Below, piece by piece: positions 39,409 to 54,153 of a stretch of 64,000 nt of DNA. Positions within the stretch are counted from its first letter, which is position 1, and each line of letters opens with the position of its first letter. The notes under the pieces are model-generated. The model did no database searches. It was not told where the DNA came from and saw nothing but the letters and a program-made list of their open reading frames with translations. The stretch lies in assembly GCF_009914755.1 (NCBI RefSeq), contig NC_060929.1. One strand, written 5' to 3'. Origin of the DNA: the human T2T-CHM13v2.0 reference genome, Homo sapiens. Made by a program: the position numbers and the translations under genes.

Positions 39409-41620
39409 CATCACTTAATATTATCATTTGCATCAGTTATTAAGTTGGAATGATCTTTCCATTCCAGCAGAAGTGTAATGTTATCATTGCTTCTCTAAGA
39501 AAAACCCTCATTTTCTATTACCATATATACAACAAAGTCCAAAACACTGGAAATGTCTTCAAAGTCCCTTCAAGTTCCACTTGCACCTCTAAAATAGTTT
39601 TCTCACATTTCTAACTCTATACATCCTGCCCAAAGAACTATTCTTTCAGTTTCTATGCCTAGGTACTTTACACATTTCATTCTCTTCCTTGCAACATTAA
39701 TTCATCATTCAGGTCTGATTTTTCATATAATTCCATCAGGAAATTCTTCTGGACTAGAATAGCTTGCTCCACAATATGCCTCATTGTATCCCATGCTCAT
39801 GATACTAATCACCTCCAGAACTCCTGTTCAATGTCAACTCTACCAGCTATTCCACAAGCTAACAGGGGATCCTAAAGGAAATATGCACATTAGGCTAAGA
39901 ATATTTACATATTCTGTCTTTAGTGATGCATTTGACCTTCTCAGTATCTGCTTTTCTGTCCTTTGTGTTTATTTATTGTTTTGTGGGGGGGAACAAAACC
40001 TCATGACTTAAAGCAAAGCTGAAAGTCTCTGTAAAGCCAGATATTAATGTTTTCTTTTAAGCTAATCTCTTCTGCAAAGCTGTGAATTCCAAAGGTTCTT
40101 AGTAGACAATAGTGGGCCTGGTTCTTTGAAGGGATAAAATGCCCCAAACAGTTTCACCCTAATTCATGGGAAAGGTGGGGGAAGTCATTTGATGCACTTT
40201 CTGTATAAATGTTGTTGATAAAAATGTTTGACTTAAAATTTCTGCCCTTCTGCTTTTCCCAGAGGAAGACTAAAGGGAAGTCAAATGATAATATGCATAA
40301 TATTTCTTCCAGCAACTTCAGCATCCACTAAATTTCACTTTTAAAATTCTTTTAGCTTTCTGGGATTCCTGCTGTTAACAGAAACAATAATTGCTGTTAT
40401 CATTATGTCTATAACATAGAAGCTGCACTTTTATTCTGCCACCTGGAGAACACCAAAATTTTAGCAACTTATTGTTATCATTTTAGGTGAAGGAACACAC
40501 CTGTAGCTCAACTGCTCTGGCAACAGTCAGAATGTGTCCCTTTGAGGCCAATGCTCTGCACCATTCAATTTTGCATACCAATGGGTAGCCTTCACTCAAA
40601 TTAATACAAGTGACAATCAACTTAGGAAGTGTTTGTTAAAGATACAGTTTGAAGCAAACTTACAAGTTTTCCAAGAAGATATTAAGTCATGTCCATCCTT
40701 GTGTATTTTAACAGCAAACCAATATTTGGGACAGCAATAAGCAGGACTCTTTTCTACACACTTCTCAGAGTTACTTTTGTGTCCCGTGGATGGTTTTGCA
40801 GTCTCGAAGTTTGCTTATCTTTTCACTCCGTCATGTTTACAAAGAGGAGTTTCTCAATTCTTACCACTCCTCTTCAGTCTCACCTTTCTGTGCCTCACAG
40901 CCTTCTAGGGCAAAATATCCTAGCCAATTTTATTCATGGACCTTACACAAAATAAACCTCTGGAGTAAAAGAGACCTTTAGAGAGCCAACCAAGATAAGC
41001 TCTAGTCCGTAGATGATTGGGCTAAGCCTAGTGGAGGGCAGTCCTTCAGAGGAAGCAGGTGGAGGCCTGAGTGTAAAGGAGTCAGATGCTGACAGTCCTC
41101 TCCAGAAACCACATTTTAGGTTATTTGTCATGGTCTTGTTGAATGCGTGATCTCCACCATCTCTTTACTCCCTCCAAGCTCTTCTTGTCTCCTCAGGGGA
41201 AGCCACTCATTTACATCTGGCAGATAATAGAATATCCCTACTAACATGATGATGTTCTGGTCATTTGGACTATGAAATTAAGCAGCCACACAAAATGTAC
41301 TGCGTCGATCATACTAGTTAATCAAAAACCACATGTAAAAACTCACTAAAGACAAAGCCTATAACCAGTGAGTTAAGATATTATCTTTTCTGGAATTAGA
41401 GAGGCCCAATTGCCTTCATTATACTTAGTTGAAAGTACATGGAAAACTATAGATAACCTCAGTTTAGTTGAAATGTAGAAATATTCAAAAATATTTCCTA
41501 TTTAGAGAATACTTCCTAGGAGTACGCTTGACTCTCAGGATAAAATTCCTTGCCCAAAAGGGCCAACAGATAGATACATCAGCAATTTATAAATCATTAA
41601 CACAGAAATAATTGTGTAAT

Positions 41621-41975
41621 GGCCAGACCTGATGGCTCACGCCTATAATCCCAGCACTTTGGGAAGCTAAGGCAGGCAGATCACTTGAGGCCAGGAATTC
41701 AAGACCAGCCTGGCCCACATTGGGAAACCCCGTCTCTACTAAACATGCAAAAATTAGCTGGGTGTGGTGACATGTATCTGTAATTCCAGCTACTTGGGAG
41801 GCTGAGGCACAAGAATCATTTGAACCTGGGACGCAGAGGTTGCAGTCAGCCAAGATGGCAACACTGCACTCTAGCCTGGACAACAGAGCGAGACTCTGAA
41901 AATGGAAGGAAGGAAGGAAGGAAAGAAGGAAGGAAGGGAGGGAGGGAGGGGAGGAAAGAAAAAATAGAAAAGAAA
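41621..41975 (+). mobile_element. Alu (AluSz/Jb-like) with tail converted to a (GGAA)n/(GGGA)n microsatellite
   Basis: Full dimer; purine tail 41903-41975; TSD-like aa(t/c)tgtgtaat on both sides. Confidence 0.92.
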
Positions 41976-43394
41976 ACTGTGTAATAAGTCATATGGTATC
42001 ATAATAACAAAGAGATTATCCCTGGGGAAGATAGAAAAGAGTTCACAGTAGAGGTACAATATAAAAGGTGGCCTTAAAAAATCAGCAGGAGTCGAATAGT
42101 TGTAGCAAGAACAATGATATGCTAGGGCAAAGAGAAATGTAGGAACATTTCTCTTTACGTTTCTTAGTGATAACTCCTGTAGGCAAGATTTTCCATCTTA
42201 GTCTTGTTTCCCCAACTACATCATATATCACCTACTATATTCCGCCAAGCAATTTTGGGTAATAGGTTGCAAATGAAGAATCAGTAGTCTTCTAAATGAG
42301 ATGAGATGAGATGAGAAGACAAATGTGCTATTCAAGAAAGTCAAATGTAGTTTTATCAGATTGTATATAATTGAATAAAAGCATTTAATGTGGGAAGGTT
42401 TGCAGTCCTTTCCTGACACCTTTTGCCTGATTATTTTCTGCTTCTTTCCTTCTTCATCAAGGAGAAAAAGGATAAAATCTCTTCATGTGTACTCTCTTGA
42501 GAAAACAGTGCAAAAGGGAGCACCCTACTCCCTGGGGGCCTGACTACATCTAGGGGGCTTGAAGTGTCAAGAGCATGTCATGGGGTCACAGATGACAGAG
42601 ACAAAAGAGTTTGTCTTAGAACTAAGATAGGGACTGAATAGCATGGATTACGATGTTTTTGGGGAGTCAAAGAATGAGACACTCTCAGTTTAGGGGTGGG
42701 GAGAAATAGAAACAGGAGATTTTTAAAGAGTTGCCATGAAATATCTATTTGGATCTTCTTAATTGAGAGAAAAAGACAAAGATTAGAATTTCTGATCGGG
42801 CTTGATTTGTTTAGATATAACCATGCTTCAGAAGTATTTCATACATACAACATAATTCTGTAGAATTGATTTATTTTAGCAACATGGGAAAGGAATCAGG
42901 ATGGGAACTTACATTTATTAAATACCTATCAGCTGCACTCACTTGGGAGGCTTTAGCTGCTGTGAACTGCTCCTGCTGCACCAGGTTTGCTGCAGTGATA
43001 CTCCCACTTCAGTGCCAGATTTATCTTCCCGCTCAACACTCAGGAAGCCAGACATATGCTTACATTTTATTAATCTTTGACACAATTTACCTGTATGCCA
43101 GATTTCCTGGGAGACAGTTATCAGCTAGAGAATTAATATACAATTTTCATGTTAATATTTTCCCATATACCACTCCCCACATACATGCAATTTTTTAAAA
43201 TGTGGGTGCATATAATGAGATATTCACTTGGCTAGGTTCACTCCACCCATGCAGTGTTATCTGCTGTTAGTCTCTCTCTACTAACAAATGAGATGTTTTC
43301 AATCTGAACAAGCCCACCTCTATGTAGTCAGATGCAGTGGGTTAATGCAGACTTGTGGTTGTCTCAGGCAGTTTTACAGGGTTGTTGGCTCTTT

Positions 43395-43850
43395 TGATCA
43401 GTTTACCAGAGCTGTCATATCAAAGTACTACAAATTCGGTGGGCTAAAACACAGAAATATATCCTCTCCCAGTTCTGGAGGCCAGTATCAGGAATCTGAA
43501 ATTGAGGTATCAGCAGGGCGATGTTTGCTCTGAAGGCTCTAAGGAAGAATCCTTCCTTCTTTCTTCCAGCTTCCAGTGACTCTTGGCATTCCTTGGTGTG
43601 TGTGCAGCATAACATCAACCTCTGCTTCTGTCTTTACTTGGACTTTTTCTTCCCTGTATCTGTGTGTTCTCTCCTCTTCTCACAAAAATGCCAGTCATTG
43701 GATTTAGGACCCACCCTAAATCCAAGATAATTTTATCTCAAAATCCTTAACTACTTACAGCTGCAAAGATCCTAGTTCTAAACAAGGTCACATTTGGAGG
43801 TTCTGTTTGGGCATGAATGTAGGGGTTGGGGGACACAATTCAACCCATCA
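43395..43850 (-). mobile_element. MaLR LTR (MLT1B/C-like)
   Basis: cagttctggaggccag...ccagtcattggatttaggacccaccctaaatcca...ggacacaattcaaccc. Confidence 0.8.
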
Positions 43851-45439
43851 TGCTCCTTTACATTGTCAAACCAAATAAAGAATGCAGGCAAAAGCAGGGC
43901 AAATGCTACCCTGGCCCCCTGGGGACTGCTTCTGGTGTTTCTGTTTGCCTGGCTCATGAAGTGGCTTTGCATCACAGCAGTTACACCTCACTGGTTGTTG
44001 TCCCTTCACAGCCTGGAAGAGAGGCAGCCTCCTCACACACAGCTCAAACTCTTTGCCTTCCTGCTGCCTCTCATCACCTGTTTTCATGAGGCTGTTTTTG
44101 AGATGTGCACACTACCCAGCCTACTAACAAATACTTCAAATTACCTTTCAGCCTGTGCCTCCTTCAGGCTGAGTGATTTGTGAGTTTCTCATCTGCTGAG
44201 TATTGCTGTTTTCAATGATTTTTCTCTAGTCCAATCTGCATTCTAATAAGCTGATTTCTAGATGTGGCTTAGGAATGAACTGTTGTGTCCATTTTAAAAT
44301 TGCTCCTGGTATTGTTAACGCCACTTTTCCTTATGTGACAGTTTTCCCATTTTAGCCAATTTGAACTAAGCTTTCCAAGTAAAAATTGGAAAATTGGTAA
44401 AATCTATACAACCCTTGCTGTCTCAGTGTAATGTTCATGTTTTCTGAACATTAAGCCCAAACACATGGTCTAATATGAATGAGTGCATTCTCTGGAAATT
44501 CAATTTGTCATAAGTATAGGAGTGCTCAACAAACACCAGGCCAGCTTTTATGAGAAACATCTAACTACAGTGCCTTATCTTCTGTAAAGATACAAATACT
44601 TCCATGAAAAGAAAATTATCGCATCTCAAATATAAAATTTGCTTACCGAATTTAGAATCAAAATGAAGACAGGAAATAGAAAAGTTACTTTAGTTTTAAA
44701 ATAATCTGTTAGCAAAGCAAGATCTACGTATTTGTCTTAATATGTGTAAACATATCACAATTCTAAGATTTAATAGGTGATTTCTAAAATCAGGCATTTT
44801 ACCAGTGAAGATATTTAAGCTTTAGTCAATAGAATGTTAAGAATATTCTAGAAAATCAATTTAGCAATGCAATATGCAAATTTTCTAGTAAAGTAGATAG
44901 AAATATTCTAATCTGTTGCAGACTACAATATCTTTGTTTTTTAAAACCAGTTTTTGCAATGTCTCAATCCTAATTGACTTATATTAATATATGTTCATTT
45001 TATTTTATTGGTTAAAAAGATATTCTTAAATGATATAATTAGGCCATCCATTCAAAATTCTTTATTTCCTTCTTTTAAGAAGAGAATATTTTAACCTGTT
45101 TCCCTTCCTGTCATCATTTCATACAGTTATTTTAAAATAACTTCTCATTTCTTTAGCTACTTTTGCCAAAAAAAAAAATATGTTTAACTTCATTTCTATT
45201 CTAGTTCAGGTCAGAGCCCTCCTTTGTGAGTCTGCTAACAGCTCAAATTAAGCTCAGCTATTACCCTTGGGATACAATATAAGTAAACAAACACAATTCA
45301 GACAAAACAGAATTACCTGCAGGAAATAACTGTTCTATTATAGTACCAGCAAAAAATAGCTCAACCCCATTTGTCCAGTCCTCAAATGCTTATTTTTGAT
45401 GTTTCTTTCACAACAAATCTCTGTAAATAGCCATAGGGT

Positions 45440-45740
45440 TGTCTTGGTCCATTGTTGTTGCTATAACGAAATACCACAAACTCTGTTGCTTATAAACAAC
45501 TGAAATGTATTTCTCAAAGTTTTAGAAGCTGGGAAATCCAAGATCATGGTGCCGCCATATTCGAAGTCTAGTGAGGGTCCACTACCTGGTTCATAGATGG
45601 CACCTTCTTGCCATGTCTTCACATGGTGGAAGGGGCAAGGGAGCCCTTTGGAGACTCTTTTATAAGGGTAGTAGTCTCATTCAGATTAGTGCCTAATTCA
45701 GGCAAGTGCCTAGCCACATCCTAAAAGGCCCCCTCTCCTT
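45440..45740 (-). mobile_element. MaLR LTR fragment (MLT1A-like)
   Basis: tgtcttggtccattgttgttgctataacgaaataccac...ggttcatagatggcaccttc. Confidence 0.75.
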
Positions 45741-48423
45741 TCAAAGAGGCTGAAAAGGTATGGCCGAAAGAGGTAAAGTAAAACCAGAAAAGGATAACAT
45801 CACAGAGATAAAAAGAACCAATATTCAAGAAAAAGTAAATGAAAAGGTTAGTAGTTTAACTGCACTCCCTATGTGCCAGGCACTGATCTGGAAGGTGGGA
45901 CTCAAAAATAAAGAAGATACTCTTTCTGTTCTTACAAAGATTATTTTGTTATTCCTCTGCATTTAATCTCTATCTTGGCTCCCAGGGACTGATAAATTTA
46001 TTCCTCTTCCCACAATTATCCTGGAATCTGGAGTCCTGACCTAAACCCTAGTTCCCACAGCATGGTACCCAGTCATGCTAACTCTGTTACTTTTTTACGT
46101 AGCTTGACTTCCCACTGCTAAAAATTATCTTAATTCCTTTTCCTACTTAACTGAGGTCTGTTGTTTTCAGGTCCGTGTTACCATCTGGCTCATTTTGTTT
46201 CTAACTGGGTGCAAAAACACCCTTCTTCCCATGGCCCCTACCTAGCACGGGCCACCTGTTCTTATATATGGAATGATCCTGTTCTTATATACAGATGTTC
46301 ATAAGACAGACAGGACCTGTATTGTTGAGGATAAAAGTTCAAGAGGAGTCTCAAGATTTGTTTTCAGCCAAGGGTTTCTTTCTTGCCTATAACTTGGGTA
46401 GCTCTTTTATGTGTTCCCTTAAGAAAGTTAACTTTGAGATTTCTTACTTCTTTCAGAGGATATTTGTTAGCAGGGTATTGACCCTACAGTGTTGTTGGAC
46501 AGGCAGGTTTTATTCAGGACTCAAGCGCTCAGCTTTTCCTCCTGTTACATTCTATACATTAGACTCCCTGTCGAGTGAGGGAATCAGGGCAGACTATAGA
46601 ATTATCTGTTCCTTGGTACTGCAATATCACCTGGCAGATGGAACCTTTTGGCTGGGTTGTGGAGGAAGGCATTCTTTTCTGCCATTGGCAGGAATTTAGG
46701 GCAGTTTCTTTCTGGCTCATAAAGTTGTCCTTTGTAAACACTATAATTTTGGCTGTCTAGTCCCTTTTCAATTTTCCATTCTAAAAGGAGCTGAGCCTTG
46801 GTGTAGATGAGCCTTGGTATAGATGATAATTTGCGAGCATATTATAATGGACAATTTTTTTGTAATAGATGTAATTTTTCCATCTAAGCTTTGCCTAGAC
46901 TGGTATTAAATAAGCACACAGCCACTGCCAGCAGTTTTATGGGGAGCAGGAGGTGTCAAGTAAAACCCAAGCTATTAATTTTTCAAATTTGTGGTGAAAA
47001 ATATTCATGTAGGGTTTATAAAGTGCTGATTGTGCTTTTGATCCAATAACACAAGAGAATTTAAAGTTCAATTTACCATATGTCAATCATTTTAGAAGAG
47101 TTGAGTCACATCATACAGGAAGGTTACCTTCAAAAGAGTATCCCATAAACACAAATTTGCATATAGTCAGAAATATTATTAAACTTTCTGAAATGTTGAC
47201 AATATAGTTCACACTTTTGATAGGAACATACTTTTTAATAAGTTCAGAATAGGCACTTTTTCTTGCAGAGTTAATACAGAGCACTATTCTGCTGGAACTC
47301 CAGAGCATGTGCCAGCATTTGAATTCTCATAGTTAGCTTGTATTTTCAAGCATTTAACAAAAAACAGTAGTCTTTTAAAGATTAGAATAAAATTATCTGT
47401 GCAGCAAACTTGTACAACTTGAGATACGCATAAGTTGGCAATTCAGTGGGAGGACATGAGGAATCTCATTTCCAAGAATAAGTACACAGTAGTTTCTTTT
47501 ACCCTCAGGAAACAAGACAAGGATCTCACCAGCCACTATCTTAGAGCTTTCCATTGGATGGAGGAATAATCATAACTATGCTTATCCTACTTCTAGCTGG
47601 CCCACTGGTCAAGGGATGACCTGTATCAAGGAACTAGCACTAAGGTTCCAGTTCAAAGTGCTGGTAGTACACAGTTAGAAATAATTGGAAGTTACCTTGT
47701 TTTGACCAAAACATAGTCTCTATCATACACACAATTTTGTTAAATAATTGAACAGCCTATATGGTAGGACTATATACGTTACATTCCAACAAGATACAAT
47801 ATGACTATAGAAGTCAACTTGGATCTCATTCATAGTAGGAGTGAATTTAAATTTGTCTACTTAAAAATTCAAAAGAGCATGCATCATGTTGATTCCAACA
47901 AGGGCTTCTGAAAAGTATCTTTAATATATCTCCTTTGTGGAAGATCACTGAAAAGAAAAATATACATTTCAGAGAAGCTCCTCCTGATTCCAAATTCTTC
48001 CCCAGTCCTGGTGACTTCAGCAGTAGCATATGACTGCTTCTCCTTAACTTATACAGCATTCCTTAAATCTCAATCCAAAATTGTCCATCTTCAGATCTTT
48101 CATTTTCAGATTTAACGTCATTAGTATTTTAGACATCTTCATGAATGGTACCAATTGAGTAATGTACTAGAATTTAATTCATATTTTTGTTTCTGCTGGT
48201 GCTGCTTGAGGCTGAATAGCATAGTGGGGAAGTGTGAGTTTTAATGTAGACAAATGTGGGTGCGAAATCTCAGACTTTCGTTTACTATCTGTATCACTTT
48301 GGGCAATTCTCCTTGCTTCTTTAAGCTTTAGTATCTCCATCTGTAAAATGGGATTAATATTTATTTCTTAAAGTTGTTGTGCAGATTACATAATATATTT
48401 TAAGTTCCTGATACCAGCTAAGC

Positions 48424-48615
48424 CAGTGGTTCTCAAGCACTAATTTGTAAGAGAATCAGTTTAAGAGCTTGATTTAAAAAAAAAATCACTACATTCAGAA
48501 GTGCTGATTCAAAATATCTGGAGAGGGGTCTGAGAATCCACATCTATTAACCTCAACACCTCAGGTACTACTAATTCAAGTGTTTTAAAGAACATACACG
48601 CTTTGAGAAACACTG
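48424..48615. mobile_element. MER5-type hAT DNA transposon relic (MIR at about 48230-48420 upstream)
   Basis: Terminal inverted motifs cagtggttctcaa ... ttgagaaacactg. Confidence 0.7.
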
Positions 48616-48923
48616 TATTAGGCTCTTAATGGATGTTAATTTCCTTTTATTTTCCTTGCAGTAAACTTACTAACAAAGTATAGAAATTTGATGCTGGTAT
48701 TAGACATTATCCCAAACCAGCAGTTATTTTAGAACTTCATCAATTATCTCAAAGCCCCAACTCTATTTCACTATTGATAGCTGACCTCACACTGCCAATA
48801 CTCAGAGAAAATAGAAGCCATCAGACAGAAAATGTGCCAAACCTATATACTGATTCCTTCTTTATTCATCTGGTGAATGAATGTTTATTGAATGCCTAAT
48901 AGATACCAGGCACAGCTCTAAGA

Positions 48924-49506
48924 CAGCTGTCAGCAAACTATGCCCTATGGACCAAATTCTGTCTGCTGTCTCTATTTATAAAGTTTTATTGAAACAGAGT
49001 CATGTTTATTTGCTTACGTGGTTTATAGCTGCTTTTGTACTAATAGCAGAGCTGAGGGCTCATGATAAATACTGTGTGGCCCTCTGTCTTAGTCAAATCA
49101 GGCTGCTGTAACAAAAGTACTATAAACTGTGTGAGACTTATGAACAATAAACATTATTTCTCACAGTTCTGGAGTCTGTGAAGGCCAACATCAAGATACT
49201 AGCAGATTCAGTGTCTGTGAGGGCCTCTTCTTCATAGAAGGTGCCTTCTAGCTGTGTCCTCACATGGTGCAAGAGGCAAACAAGCTCCCTGAACCCTGTT
49301 TAATAAGGGCACTAATCCCATTCATGAGGGCAGAGCTTTCATAATCTAGTCACCTCCCAAAGGCTCTACTTAATACCATCACCTAGGGGCTTAGAATTCA
49401 ACATAAGGATTTGGGCAAACATAAATATTCAGACCATCGTATCCTAAAAGCCTGAAATATTAACTCTCTGGCTCTTTCAGAAAAGTTTCTTAATCCCTAA
49501 TCTAGG
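48924..49506. mobile_element. MER58-type DNA transposon split by an MLT1A0-like LTR (about 49085-49440)
   Basis: gtcagcaaactatg..aagttttattgaaacagag...aaagcctgaaatattaactctctggc; LTR tgtcttagtc..ggctgctgtaacaaa...aatattcagaccat. Confidence 0.7.
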
Positions 49507-50761
49507 GACAGACTTTTGGACACGATTTCCCTTATTAGATCCTTATTTCTTACCTGATACCCCTAAACATCTAGCTTTTCCTCTTCACCTCAAGAAGTGC
49601 CAATATTGCAACCTTGAAATTTTCTCTTCTACCTTAGTAATCAACAAAAAAGTATTAAAAAACATAGTGTTTGGAGGGGAAATTTCAAATTTCTCTTTGT
49701 ATTTCATTAAATAACGATTTAAGTAAATATAAAGTCATGTCAGTTTGGATACTTTACACCAAAAACTAACTTTGGCTAATGTATGCAGAAAATGGAATTG
49801 GTTGGAGGTATATTTACTAGCTAAATTCAGAATAAGCCAGAGTCCAGAGATCCAAGTCAGGAACCAGGGCAAACCCTGGAGTTTTAAACTGCAGAAATTT
49901 CTTATCCATGGAGCTCAAATATAGAGGTAATGAACAGCTGAACTGTTATATATTCAGTCCATGTATCATTCCCTTCAAAATTCAAAGTCCTAGGATAAAG
50001 TGTTTGAAGAGCATGTTGGATCCAGGTCTGTTCCCTAAAGATAAGCAGGGCACCCTGACTTCCTCCCCACAAAAAAACGCCTTTGAGGGCAAAGAGAAAA
50101 TTCCCCAGAAAAGAAAGCAGGGTGTTATTTAAAAGGGTCACAATTTAAATAGACAAGAAACCGACAAATGCTGAAAAACAGTCCATTGGGAAAGGAGAGG
50201 TAGAGGCTTAAATTATGTTCCAAAATCCACTTCAGGCCTAGATTGAAAAGATCATAAGAGATCTGAAATGAAGAATTTTTCAGGAAAATTGCCCTTTACA
50301 TTCAGATCACACCAGATTTCATTTAAACCTCAGCTGTTTCAGTTTTTCCTTTCCAAAAGTTCTTCTCAACAATTTCTCATATTCTCCAGCTTCTGTATGA
50401 CTTTTAGAACAGTTATTTTAACCGTGAGCCTGTCATGATGTTCATTATGCTACCCCACCCCTTCATACTGACGGGGTCCTCGAAGTGATGGTCCGAATAT
50501 TGACGATGTCTATCATCAACCTTTTTTTTCCTAATTCCCCTTCTGATCAAGATACATGATCCCTACCTAGGGATATTAAATATTTTAAAAGGTAAGTTTG
50601 CTTTTAATTTATTTAACAAATGCTTAGTTCCTTAATGTGTGCCAAGTATCATCCAAGCCCTTTAGCCCTTTGCAACTATTAATTCATTAGCAACACTAGG
50701 AGATAGGTACTATGATTAACCCACTTTGTAGATGAAGAAGCTAAGTATAAAAAGTTTCATG

Positions 50762-51064
<303 letters not shown>

Positions 51065-51081
51065 GTAGTTTCATGTAACCT

Positions 51082-51389
51082 GGCCAGGCACGATGGCTCA
51101 TGCATGTAATCCCAGCACTTTGAGAGGCTGAGGCAGGTGGATCACCTGAGGTCAGGAGTTTGAGACCACCCTGGCCAACCTGGTGAAACCCCATCTCTAC
51201 TGAAAACACAAACATTAGTCGGGCATGGTGGTGGGCCCCTGTAATCTCAGCTACTCAGGAGGCTGAGGTGGGAGAATCTCTCGAACCCTGGAGGCTTGCG
51301 AAGTTTGCAGTGAGCCAAGACTGTGATGCTGCACTCCAGCCTGGACAACAAAGCGAGACTCTGTCTCAAAAAAAAAAAAAAAAAAAAAA
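51082..51389 (+). mobile_element. Alu (AluSx-like), tandem to the previous Alu
   Basis: Full dimer; TSD tttcatgtaac(c/t)t. Confidence 0.95.
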
Positions 51390-52011
51390 GGAAATTTCAT
51401 GTAACTTAACATCTTCTCTGATATGGCTAATAAGTGACAGGGCAGGTATTTTAATCCAGGCTCTGAAATTTGTTTAACCCCAAAACCATGTTTCCTTCAA
51501 ACATTACAAAATTAACTTATCCACAAAGGAATTGGAGACATGACATTGACCTTATTAGCAGCTAAAGATCATTAACAGTTTAATTCTCTGGAGCTCAGCT
51601 TTGTGGAATTTTATATAGCAAATTTGCAGTACAAAAAACCATTATCTGCTAATTACCAACATCTACTCATGCCTGATCCAGTTAAGTGAGTCTGCCTCTT
51701 TATTTTTTCATTTATTTATAAAAGCGTGTGCAGAGAGTGCTGTATTCAGGCAGTCTTCAAGGTGCTGGAGATACCAACAGGCATAAGTTTATGATATCTG
51801 AGGAGGCGTGTCTAATCTGGTCCTGAGGGTCTCAAGGAGAGGTTCTTGGAAGAGAAACCTGTACGTTCCATGGAAGTGGATCATGTAGGGAGGAGGGTGG
51901 TGATTAGGGGAGAGCTGGCTCCTGGAGTGGGGATAATGTGCCTAGATCCCAAGGCAGGAAACTGCATGTTGAGTACAGCTATCACATAGGAAGCGTCTGA
52001 GACTGGAGTCT

Positions 52012-52228
52012 AAACTTCAACTGTCTAATTTGATACTCACCAGCCACATGTTGATATTTAAGTTTAAATTCATTAAATAAAGTACAATAAAAATTAAGGT
52101 TCTCAGTTGCACTAGCCATATTTAATTGCTCAATAGTTACCTGTGGCTAATGGACACCTTACTGGACAGTGAAGATATAGAGCAATTCCATCATCGCAGA
52201 AAGTTCTGTTTGGACAGCACTGCTCTAG
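52012..52228. mobile_element. MER3 DNA transposon relic
   Basis: agccacatg...ttctcagttgcactagccatattt...catcatcgcagaaagttctgtttggacagcactgctctag. Confidence 0.75.
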
Positions 52229-53711
52229 GGTACTGAGCCTAGGGTACTGTTTAAAAATGTTAATTTTTAAGTTAAACCTGCAAGTAATGGAACAAAATCT
52301 CTGGGAATGGGACTTGGGAATCTGAACACTGTAACATGTCTGCACATAATTCTGATTGGAAACCAGATGTGTAAACTGTAATAGAAGGTGCACTGACTGA
52401 CTAAAGTGGTAGGAGAGGCAGAGACAGTTCACAAAGAGTCTTTGAATATTAATCTAAGAGACCAGGATTTAAATATAAACATGAAGAGATCCTTTGAAAG
52501 GAAAGAAGGAAGAAATTCTATTAGATTAGCATTGTCCAAACATTTCTCCATTCTGTTGCTAGAATGGTCTTCACAAACCTCAGACCTCCTCTTGTCAATA
52601 ACTTTCCCCTGGTCAGTCTTTCTATTGCTTTTAGCTAATAACCCAAATCTCTGACATGACCTGCAGACATTACTATCTCAAGGATCTTTTAGAACCCTGA
52701 CTCCCCCCTTCTCCCAACTGCACCATGAACCTGGGCAGTGATCTCAAACTTCTGTCACTTTCCTTTCAAAGATCAAAAATCATTGTGCGTAGCTGTCCAT
52801 CAGGCTGTAGGCTTCCTGAAGGCCAAGTCTGTGTCATTATCTGCCCAGCACCCAGCAGAATGTCTAGCTCATAATAGTTCATAACAAGTATTTCACAAAT
52901 ATTCAGGTATAGTCACAAAATGAATGGATCCATAGAGATTCTCAGTGAAGATCCCTCATTGGCCTTTTATTAAATCTGTGAGCTAGTTTGATTTTTCTGT
53001 CTCAAAAAGCAGAATGAAACTCATCAGGAAGCTCATTTGTCCAAAAGAAGAGCATCTGACAAACTCTGGGCTAGCTCTTCTGGAAATGTCAGTTCTCTGA
53101 AGATGAATTCTTGAAAAGATTGTCTTATACAGCTATCCCCTTTTCACCTAATTCCACTACAATGCAGCAGCTTTAATGCAGTAATATAGATTATTATTAT
53201 AAATGGCATCAAATTCCAAATTCTATGTTAAATCTCTACTTTACCTTCCTTTATCACTCAGGATCTGGATGATCACTAATTACACCAGCCACTTCTTTCT
53301 CTATACTCTTGTGTCCTGGGTGAAGCACACAATTTGAATTTTGTTACAATACCCTTCATCACCCTTGGACTATCCATGTGTGTGTCTGCCTGACCTTCCC
53401 ATGGTCAAGTGAGCAGGCAGGAATGCAGTAAGTCATTCCCTGATGTTAACAAATTGAACTGCTTTGCTTTCTTCAGAAAACTCTTCGATTACTAACCTCC
53501 CTGCAACAGATAGGATAGCCAAGCTCTGAAATAGCCTCAGGCTACCCTAATAATGTTCTGCTTTAGCCAAGCCAATCTTTTCACCATCTCTAAAACCTTC
53601 CACATCTTTGCTCATTGTGATGCCTACATAATTCATTCACTCCTTCCTTTTCACTTAGCTCTGTGATGAAGTTTCTTCATGAAACCTCCTAGTGACTCCA
53701 GTTACTAGGGG

Positions 53712-54145
53712 TGTGTCTTAACTCAGGTTTTCAAGTGTAGCATCTAAGATTGAGATTCTTGTAAAACTAATTTAATGAGGGTATGCTCTCTACAGAAGAG
53801 GAGTTAAGGAAGGAAGCAAGACAGAACAAGAGAGGAAAGGTAAACAAATATGGGTCCTGCCTAGATATTAGCTTCTACTTTATCCCACAGGGAGCTGTTG
53901 AATATGAATTTTATCACAGTACTGTTTCTTCCTTGAGGGGGGGTGGTCAATCTTTCATGCCCTAGTATCAGTGAGTTATGGGCCACTGGCTTTGGTGGGA
54001 GCCTATGGTATAAACACTTCAATTGAGATAGTTTCCTTTTACCTAAGGCAATCCTCTACAGAATTCTCCTAGAATAGTTCTCAGAGCAGCTAGGGGACAT
54101 GGGAACAACCAGTGAAGAAAATCTGGGTGAGGCACCACTATAGTG
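53712..54145 (-). mobile_element. Old MaLR LTR (MLT1H/I/J-like)
   Basis: Ends atctgggtgaggcaccac; internal ttatcccacagggagct, tcctctacagaa..gcagctagggga motifs. Confidence 0.5.
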
Positions 54146-54153
54146 TAAATTTT

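Noticed and set aside
46250-46830. Short direct repeats (cctgttcttatata x2; gagccttggt(g/a)tagat x2), and similar ones near 11475 and 52225
   Set aside because: 12-16 bp slippage duplications are common background.
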